Shown piece by piece: positions 35,966 through 42,300 of a DNA stretch of 42,300 nucleotides. Under the pieces are notes generated by a model. It searched no databases and was not told where the DNA came from. It saw nothing but the letters and a program-made list of their open reading frames with translations. Positions within the stretch are counted from its first letter, which is position 1. Each line of letters opens with the position of its first letter. The stretch is from contig CANPVX010000004.1 in the NCBI GenBank assembly GCA_947581815.1, positions 1 through 42,300 of the forward strand, read 5' to 3'. The position numbers were made by a program, and so were the translations under genes. The stretch comes from Candidatus Indicimonas acetifermentans. Lineage in GTDB: Bacteria; Gemmatimonadota; Gemmatimonadetes; Palauibacterales; KS3-K002.

Positions 35966-36927
35966 TCGCCCCCCCCCCACACCCCCATCGCGCGGAATTT
36001 CTCGTAGCGTCCTTGGAGTAGCTGGTCCACGGGGAGGGAGCGGAGTTCGTCCAGATTGCGCTGGAGCGCTTCCGAGAGGATCTCGGCGGCGCCATCCCAA
36101 TCGGTGTGGGCGCCGCCCTTGGGTTCCTCGATCAGCTCGTCGATCACACCCAACCTCTTCAGGTCGGGAGCCGTCAGCTTGAGCGCCGCCGCAGCCTTAG
36201 AGCGGGCTTCCTCCGTGTTTTCCTTCCAGAGTATCGAGGCGCATCCTTCCGGCGAGATGACCGAGTAGATCGCGTGCTCGAGCATGATGATCCGGTCGCC
36301 GACGCTCAATCCTAGAGCGCCGCCGCTGCCGCCTTCACCGATGACGGCTACGAGGATCGGGGTCTCGATCAGCGACATCTCGAGAAGGTTGCGCGCGATC
36401 GCCTCAGACTGCCCGCGCTCTTCGGCCCCGATGCCCGGGTAAGCCGCCGGCGTATCGATCAACGAGATGATGGGCCGCCGGAACTTTTCGGCCTGGCGCA
36501 TCATGCGCAGAGCTTTCCGGTAACCCTCGGGGTGCATCATGGCGAAGTTGCGCTTCAGGTTCCCCTTCGTATTCCGACCCTTCTGTTGCGCGATCACCAT
36601 AACGGAGCGCTCAGCCAGGCGGCCCCAACCGGTGACGACGGCCGGGTCGTCGCGGAAGCCCCGATCGCCGTGAAGCTCGATGAAATCAGTGAAGATCCTC
36701 TCGATCATATCGAGCGAGTGCGGCCGTTGCTGGTGGCGGGCGATCTGGACCTGCTCAAGCGGCGTGACGTTTGCGTACGTCTCGGCCCGCAGCTCGGCCA
36801 AACGAGACTCCAGCTTCTTCAGCTCGGTTTCCACGTCGAGACCTCCCGAGCTAGCCATCTCCTTGAGCTTTCCGATCTGGGCGACGACGTCCCCGATCGA
36901 GCGCTCGAACTCTTCATGACTCGCCAT
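35962..36927 (-). CDS. accA: Acetyl-CoA carboxylase carboxyltransferase alpha subunit
   Basis: ARHQQRP, ELHGDR, PEGYRKALR, GAEERGQSEAIA, GEGGSGGALG, YSVISPEGCASILW. Confidence 0.97.
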   Translation of the reverse strand: MASHEEFERSIGDVVAQIGKLKEMASSGGLDVETELKKLESRLAELRAETYANVTPLEQVQIARHQQRPHSLDMIERIFTDFIELHGDRGFRDDPAVVTGWGRLAERSVMVIAQQKGRNTKGNLKRNFAMMHPEGYRKALRMMRQAEKFRRPIISLIDTPAAYPGIGAEERGQSEAIARNLLEMSLIETPILVAVIGEGGSGGALGLSVGDRIIMLEHAIYSVISPEGCASILWKENTEEARSKAAAALKLTAPDLKRLGVIDELIEEPKGGAHTDWDGAAEILSEALQRNLDELRSLPVDQLLQGRYEKFRAMGVWGGGE

Positions 36928-36939
36928 TCGATATCTACG

Positions 36940-36967
36940 AAATCACCAATACTGCAGGGCTTGTCAA
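36940..36967 (-). promoter_or_regulatory. Possible accA promoter (TTGACA, weak -10 TGATTT)
   Basis: Perfect -35 TTGACA at 36962-36967 in an AT-richer intergenic segment; -10 match is poor. Confidence 0.3.
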
Positions 36968-37030
36968 GCTAAACCAACATCTACAAACACGATAAGATAA
37001 GCAGGCCGGTTCGGGACGGGCCAGGGCGGA

Positions 37031-40000
37031 TCAGGAAGCGGGCCTTTTCTCCGCCGGAACCAGGCGTACGCGGTCCTCGCCCAGTACGCGGCGCAGTTCG
37101 GCGAGGGTCCCGGGATTCGGCATGACCGAAAGGGCGCGCGATTGGAGACGCGGCGCGTCGCTTCCGCCGTTTTGCAGAGTGACTTGGAGAGCGGCCGGGC
37201 CGGGGTGGGCCTTGGCGACCTCGATGGCCTTCTCGAGGCGCTCGCCGCTCAGCTCGGCTTTGTCGCTCAGTTCGAGGCAGACGGCGACGCGGCCGCTGCT
37301 ATAGACATCGCCCAAGGGGATGACATCATCAAGAAAGAGGGGCGGTTCATTCTCGTCGCGGGTTCGGCCTGAGACGGCGCCGCGCATCAGAACGGGAACG
37401 CCGACCTGGGTCAGTTCCCGGTGCTTCGCCCACGCATCTCTGAAGGCGAGCGCCACGGCCGTCCCCTGATAGTCCTCGAACACCAAGCGCCCCCACTCTG
37501 AGCCGTCCTTGCGCGATATGCGCCTCTGGATCTCGGTGATTACGCAGGCTATCTCGACTTTGCGGTCCCGCTGCTCGAGCATCGTGACTGTGTTGGTGCG
37601 GCGCGCGTACAGGTCCACGAGATCGCGGTGAGCGTCGAGCGGGTGTCCCGATACGAAGAAGCCCACGAGTTCTTTCTCGCGGCGCAACTTCTCGGCCTCG
37701 CTCCACTCCGCGACGTCCGGCAGGCCCGGCTCGACGGCCCGATCTGCCCCCATCTCGTCGCCGCCGAAGAGATTGACCTGGCCGGATTCGCGCTCGCGCC
37801 GCAGGAACTGAGCCTCCCCAAGGATCCTCTCGAGGCCCTCAGCCATCGCGGCTCGCGCGCCGAGGCCGTCCAGCGCCCCGGCTCCGATGAGTGCTTCGAT
37901 GACGCGCTTGTTATTGAGGCGAAGATCGACCCGGCAGCAGAAGTCGAACAGCGAAGTGAAGGGCCCGCCGTTGGATCGAGCGGCGATCATCGAGCCGATG
38001 GCCGCGCGGCCGACACCTTTTATCGCACCCAAACTGAAGCGAATCGACGAATCCCCGACCACCGCGAACCTGTAGCGGGACTCGCTGACATCGGGCGGCA
38101 ACACCTCGAGCCCCAGCGTGCGGCAGTGGTTGATGTAGCCGACGACTTTGTCGGTGTTGCCGATCTCGGCGGAGAGGAGCGCGGCCATGAAGTCAGCCGG
38201 ATAATGGTACTTCAGCCAGGCCGTGCGATAGGAGATCATGGCGTAGGCGGCCGCGTGGGCTTTGGGGAAGCCGTAGCGACCGAACGTTTCCAGCAGCGAC
38301 GCGACGTGCTCGGCGACTTTTTTCGACACGCCCTGCTCGGTCGCCCGCTTCACGAACCGCTCCAGCTCCCGTCGAATCAGTGGGGGATCTTTCTTCCCTA
38401 CGGCTTTACGGAGCACATCGGCTTCCGCCATCGTGAAGCCGGCCATGGCGTTGGCGACCCGCATCACCTGCTCTTGATAGGTGATGACGCCGTGGGTGGG
38501 CTTGAGAATCTCCTCCAAGCTCTCGTGGGGATAGCTGACCGGCTCGTCGCCGCGCTTGCGCCGGATATAGACGTCGGTCATCCCGGAGTCGAGCGTGCCG
38601 GGCCGGATCAGGGCATTGACCGCGATGAGATCGTCGAAACGATCGCAGCGCATCGCACGCAGCTTGTCGGTACCCAGTGTCGACTCGAACTGGAACACGC
38701 CGGCGGTCGAGCCGCTGGCGAGCATCGCGTAAACCTCTGGATCGTCCAGACCGATCGCGTCCCAGTCGATGTCGACGCCATGGCGCTCGCGGATCATGTC
38801 CACTGCGTCGTGGATGACCGTGAGGGTCCTGAGGCCGAGGAAATCGAACTTGAGCATCCCCGCCTTCTCGAGGCTCACCATGTCGTACTGGGTGATGACG
38901 AGGCTGCCGTTGGCGGGCTGCGTCGCCGACACGCCGGCGGAGGCCGCGGCGCGGGTGGCGTTCATCGTTGGGACGTAGTCCGAGAGAGGTCCCGGGGCGA
39001 TCACGACGCCGGCCGCGTGGACGGAGGTGTGGCGGCGGAGGCCCTCCAGGGTCTTACCGTAGTCGAGGAGCTCTCTGTAGCGGGGATCCTCTTCATAGAG
39101 AGTCTGTAGCTCGTCCACTCGCTCGATGGCGTCGGTGAGGGTGAGCGAGTAGCCGGGCGAGCTGGGAATCAGCTTCGCAACGCGATCGGTCTCCGCCGGA
39201 GTGAAGCCGAGCGTCCGACCTACGTCTCGCACGACGGCGCGCGACTGCATCGTCCCGAAGGTGATGATCTGACCCACCGAATCGGGTCCGTACTTCTCGC
39301 GCACGTAGTCGATGATTTCGCCGCGCCGCTCGTAGCAGAAGTCGACGTCGATGTCGGGCATCGAGATCCGCGCTGGATTCAGGAAGCGCTCGAAGATCAG
39401 ATCGAAGCGCAAGGGATCGATGTCGGTGATTTTAAGCGCGTAGGCGACGAGCGATCCGGCCGCCGAGCCGCGACCCGGGCCCACCGGTACGCCGAGCTCT
39501 CGCGCGGCGCGAATGAAGTCCCACACGATCAAGAAGTAGCCGCTGTAGCCCAGACTTGTGATCACGTCCAGCTCGTGGTCGAGCCGCTCGTCCACCTCCG
39601 CCGATAGCTCCTCGCCGTAGCGCTCGTGGGCGCCGCGGATCGCGAGATCTCGTAGCAGAGCGCCCTCTGACTCGTAGCCCTCGGGCCGTGGGAATGCTGG
39701 CAGGTGCACGCTCTCCTCGAATTCCACGTCGCAGAGCTCCGCGACCGCGAGCGTGTTCTCCAGCAGTTCGGGCCGGCCCGGGAAGGCTTCCTCCATCTCG
39801 GAGGCCGACTTGAAGTAGCTTTCTTGGCCGTAGAATTTCAGCCGTTTGGGATCGCTGCGATCTTTGCCGGTGCCGATGCAGAGGAGTATGTCGTGCGCAT
39901 CGGCGTCTTCCCGTCGCAGATAGTGGGCGTCGTTGGTGGCGAGCGCGGGTAGTCCCAGCTCTTCGGCGAGCTGGAAGATGCCTTCGGTGACCTCTGCCTG

Positions 40001-40549
40001 CCCCGGTATGCCGTGGTTCTGGACCTCGAGGTAATAGTGACCGTCGCCGAACAGCTGTGCGTACCACGAGGCCGCCTTCTTGGCCTTTTCGTATTGCCCT
40101 TGCCTCAAGTAGAGCGCGAGCTCTCCCGAGAGACAGGCCGAAAGACAGAGCAGGCCGCGCGAGTACTCCTCCAGAACGCCGCGATCGATACGGGGCCGGC
40201 GGTAGAAACCTTCGGCGTGAGCGATCGAAGTCAGCCGCACGAGGTTGCGGTAGCCCTCCTTATCCCGCGCGAGGAGGATGAGATGATGGTAGTCCTGCGG
40301 GGCGTCTTGGGGACGCTCTCGCGAGCGGTGATCGCCGAACGCGACATAGGCCTCGCAACCGATGATCGGCTTGATGCCGCGGGATTTCGCCAACTCCTGG
40401 AAATGCCAGGCGCCGTGCATGTTGCCGTGATCGGTGAGGGCGAGGGCTGGCATGCCGAACTCGACGGCGCGACCGACCAGAGCGTCGAGCTTGTTGGCGC
40501 CATCGAGGAGAGAGAACTCGCTATGGGTGTGGAGGTGAACGAACGACAC
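37031..40549 (-). CDS. dnaE: DNA polymerase III alpha subunit
   Basis: PHP domain HLHTHSEFSLLDG, GPGRGSAAGS, FERFLNP, catalytic PDIDVD, KFDFLGL, C-terminal OB fold; no intein seen. Confidence 0.97.
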   Translation of the reverse strand: MSFVHLHTHSEFSLLDGANKLDALVGRAVEFGMPALALTDHGNMHGAWHFQELAKSRGIKPIIGCEAYVAFGDHRSRERPQDAPQDYHHLILLARDKEGYRNLVRLTSIAHAEGFYRRPRIDRGVLEEYSRGLLCLSACLSGELALYLRQGQYEKAKKAASWYAQLFGDGHYYLEVQNHGIPGQAEVTEGIFQLAEELGLPALATNDAHYLRREDADAHDILLCIGTGKDRSDPKRLKFYGQESYFKSASEMEEAFPGRPELLENTLAVAELCDVEFEESVHLPAFPRPEGYESEGALLRDLAIRGAHERYGEELSAEVDERLDHELDVITSLGYSGYFLIVWDFIRAARELGVPVGPGRGSAAGSLVAYALKITDIDPLRFDLIFERFLNPARISMPDIDVDFCYERRGEIIDYVREKYGPDSVGQIITFGTMQSRAVVRDVGRTLGFTPAETDRVAKLIPSSPGYSLTLTDAIERVDELQTLYEEDPRYRELLDYGKTLEGLRRHTSVHAAGVVIAPGPLSDYVPTMNATRAAASAGVSATQPANGSLVITQYDMVSLEKAGMLKFDFLGLRTLTVIHDAVDMIRERHGVDIDWDAIGLDDPEVYAMLASGSTAGVFQFESTLGTDKLRAMRCDRFDDLIAVNALIRPGTLDSGMTDVYIRRKRGDEPVSYPHESLEEILKPTHGVITYQEQVMRVANAMAGFTMAEADVLRKAVGKKDPPLIRRELERFVKRATEQGVSKKVAEHVASLLETFGRYGFPKAHAAAYAMISYRTAWLKYHYPADFMAALLSAEIGNTDKVVGYINHCRTLGLEVLPPDVSESRYRFAVVGDSSIRFSLGAIKGVGRAAIGSMIAARSNGGPFTSLFDFCCRVDLRLNNKRVIEALIGAGALDGLGARAAMAEGLERILGEAQFLRRERESGQVNLFGGDEMGADRAVEPGLPDVAEWSEAEKLRREKELVGFFVSGHPLDAHRDLVDLYARRTNTVTMLEQRDRKVEIACVITEIQRRISRKDGSEWGRLVFEDYQGTAVALAFRDAWAKHRELTQVGVPVLMRGAVSGRTRDENEPPLFLDDVIPLGDVYSSGRVAVCLELSDKAELSGERLEKAIEVAKAHPGPAALQVTLQNGGSDAPRLQSRALSVMPNPGTLAELRRVLGEDRVRLVPAEKRPAS

Positions 40550-40552
40550 TGT

Positions 40553-41635
40553 CTACCTCCCCGCTGGCCCAGCAGCGGCGGCGGCGCGCGCAGCGACGCG
40601 ACTTAGCCGAAGGGGCTCCTCTTCGGAACACCTGAAAGTGTCGAGAATGATCTCCAACTGGCGCAAGTATGGGTACTTGTCGTCGCCCGGGTAATAGAGC
40701 CAGGCGTCGATGAAGTAGATCCGACCTTGATCGGCGCAGGTTATCGAGCGAGCGATGAAGGGCCCAGCGGCGGGGAAACTGGCGCGATCCTGCCATACGC
40801 CTCTGAGCTCGAGGGCCGTGAGGCCGCCGACCTCCAGAGTGTCGAAGCGGATGCCTTCGTCGAGGATATCCTGAGGCGGGTTGTACAGTGTTTCGCCCCC
40901 GGCTCGCCGCCAGGCCAGTAGGTCTTGCGGGTCGACGCGCTCGCGGTCACGCTCCCTCTCCCAGGTGACCAGGATGGCGCGGATGCGTGTGGCGGGGTTG
41001 GGGTGAACGTTTCGAAACCGGAAGGTCGAATCCTCGCGGCCGTGGACGTAGACCCTGGGGAGGTCCAGCGTGAACCCATAGGCAGAGAGCACGTCCTTGA
41101 GCGAGTCGTTCGGGCCGCTGGCGTACATGCGCTCGATGATCCAGGTGTCGTACTGCTCCCTGAGCAGCGCGCTCAGCATCGGGAGTTGGGAGCGGACGGC
41201 CTGGGCTTTCCGCCGCTCAGGTAGGAGGACCAGCGTGACGAGCTGCCCCCGCGCCCAGACTTCGCCGGCCTGGACGATCGCGGGCGGGTCGGGCGCCGGC
41301 CGCCCCGAGGCCTTGATAACGCGGCGAGCGACCGGGTCCTCCGCGTCAGCCAGGACGACGACTTCCTTCCAGAGGCGAAGGTTGCTCCACAGCGTGTCAG
41401 TGTCTGCCAGGAACGTGACCTTGAATTCGGTCTCTTGCCGGCTGGTGTAGACCGGGCGCTCGAGCGCGCTGATGACGGCGGAATCGACTTCAAGCCATAG
41501 CGCGGGGTCGGCGCGCACGATGATGCTGTCGCGATCGCCGAAGGACTGAGCCGACTTGCAGGCCGCGAGCGCCAGCGTGACGATCAGTGCCAGGGTGATC
41601 GAAGAGAGTTTGTTGGCTCGGTGATGGTGGAACAT
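40553..41635 (-). CDS. DUF4837-like lipoprotein
   Basis: Lipobox LAAC; VWARGQLV, ELRGVW, AGPFI, FIDAWLYYPG..KYPYLRQLEIILDTF; start could be 41635 or 41647. Confidence 0.7.
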   Translation of the reverse strand: MFHHHRANKLSSITLALIVTLALAACKSAQSFGDRDSIIVRADPALWLEVDSAVISALERPVYTSRQETEFKVTFLADTDTLWSNLRLWKEVVVLADAEDPVARRVIKASGRPAPDPPAIVQAGEVWARGQLVTLVLLPERRKAQAVRSQLPMLSALLREQYDTWIIERMYASGPNDSLKDVLSAYGFTLDLPRVYVHGREDSTFRFRNVHPNPATRIRAILVTWERERDRERVDPQDLLAWRRAGGETLYNPPQDILDEGIRFDTLEVGGLTALELRGVWQDRASFPAAGPFIARSITCADQGRIYFIDAWLYYPGDDKYPYLRQLEIILDTFRCSEEEPLRLSRVAARAAAAAGPAGR

Positions 41636-41755
41636 CCACGCTAACATAAACGCGTCGTCAAGGCTCCGACAGATCCGCTCGGCGCCGCCACGGGCGCTCG
41701 CGCACGATGGCGCTCTGCGGCTTCGACTGACCGCCGCTCTAGGCTCACAGAAAGC

Positions 41756-41784
41756 TTGACAACCCTCGCCCGGCGGCTCAGCTT
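41756..41784 (+). promoter_or_regulatory. Candidate promoter TTGACA-N17-CAGCTT for the acidic small protein
   Basis: Perfect -35, exact 17-nt spacer, non-canonical -10. Confidence 0.45.
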
Positions 41785-41853
41785 GGCGCCGATGGGGTTT
41801 CTCAGGAAAGGGAGGAATTCGGGGGGGCCTGAACGACACGCTAGGAGGGTGGG

Positions 41854-42153
41854 ATGGAGCAAGCGATCAAGTCTCTTCCGCTCGTTCTCAGCCAGCCCAT
41901 CACGGCTCGCGACGCTGGGTTCCAGGGCTCCGACGACTACGAGTACGGGCAGGAGCAGCACGGCCAGGAAGAGTACGCAAAAGCTGACGATGGCGAAGAC
42001 GGGGACGACGAGGACGACGAGGACGACGAGGACGACGAGGACGACGAGGACGACGAGGACGACGAGGACGACAAGGACGACAAGGACGACGAAGACGACG
42101 AGGACAACGAATATTTCGGCGGCTTCGGCGAGGGTGAAGACGACGATTCCTAG
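41854..42153 (+). CDS. Small, highly acidic low-complexity protein (99 aa)
   Basis: AGGAGG SD at 41843-41848 with 5-nt spacing, upstream promoter candidate, downstream hairpins. Confidence 0.65.
   Translation: MEQAIKSLPLVLSQPITARDAGFQGSDDYEYGQEQHGQEEYAKADDGEDGDDEDDEDDEDDEDDEDDEDDEDDKDDKDDEDDEDNEYFGGFGEGEDDDS
42004..42111 (+). repeat. 9-bp tandem repeat, GACGACGAG-like x12
   Basis: Encodes (DDE)7(DDK)2(DDE)2DNE. Confidence 0.95.
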
Positions 42154-42232
42154 GCGCTTCGATCGCGACTCGAAGAGCATCGACCCGGAGGATGAAGCCA
42201 GCCGATTGGCGCGGCTTCGGCAAGCGGATGAG

Positions 42233-42253
42233 CGGGGGCCTATGCGGCCCCCG
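42233..42253 (+). terminator. Hairpin downstream of the acidic ORF, possible terminator
   Basis: CGGGGGCC-TATGC-GGCCCCCG perfect 8-bp stem with only a partial T-rich tail. Confidence 0.4.
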
Positions 42254-42300
42254 TGTGGTTATGCGTACTTATGGTTAAGGTGGCGGCAGTGGCGGCGGTG

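Noticed and set aside
37031-40549. Intein or split in dnaE (gyrA also checked)
   Set aside because: Normal lengths and no intein splice motifs; only a short Ala-rich loop insertion near 38900-38960.
42004-42111. Possible CRISPR array
   Set aside because: Contiguous 9-bp units with no spacers and no cas genes.
41641-42180. Minus-strand hydrophobic (VVL)n ORF and the (RRP)n frame
   Set aside because: Reverse-frame readings of the 9-bp repeat; the SD and promoter support the plus-strand acidic ORF.
1-42300. CTAG appears less avoided than in many GC-rich bacteria
   Set aside because: Impression only; it needs a Markov-corrected tetranucleotide count that I cannot run.
1-42300. tRNA/rRNA genes, IS elements, prophage or defence island
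   Set aside because: No cloverleaf or T-loop in the intergenic gaps and no transposase, integrase or phage genes; the MTase is solitary.

Overview
A GC-rich bacterial chromosomal segment densely packed with housekeeping and envelope genes. The gene set and order (dnaE-accA-ricT/PSP1-metG, a region-1.1-less RpoD-family sigma, DsbA-VKOR, waaA) suggest a diderm, probably Gemmatimonadota-like organism; this is an inference, not a search result. Recognisable genes are leuS (5' part only, missed by the ORF track), waaA, an ABC exporter, uvrA, gyrA, a Ser/Thr dehydratase, a diguanylate cyclase, fadJ/fadB-like, lemA, yggT, an M23 peptidase, a CapA-family lipoprotein, metG, ricT, accA and dnaE. I found no tRNA, rRNA, CRISPR array, transposase or integrase. 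The most interesting signals are unannotated. (1) A 34-codon Cys-rich small ORF (2309-2413, minus) has terminator/antiterminator geometry directly upstream of an uncharacterised ATP-grasp ligase. This looks like a cysteine-sensing ribosome-mediated attenuator; a GG|Cys-rich RiPP precursor is the alternative reading. (2) A promoter, a ~130-nt leader and an intrinsic terminator with a competing helix lie upstream of the sigma factor gene. (3) There is an orphan M.NlaIII/M.HpyI-like m6A methyltransferase. (4) Frame-preserving G-rich 6/9-bp micro-duplications recur through the window, and waaA carries a G16 tract. (5) There is a small, extremely acidic repeat protein. (6) GyrA has Met at the Ser83-equivalent quinolone-contact position.
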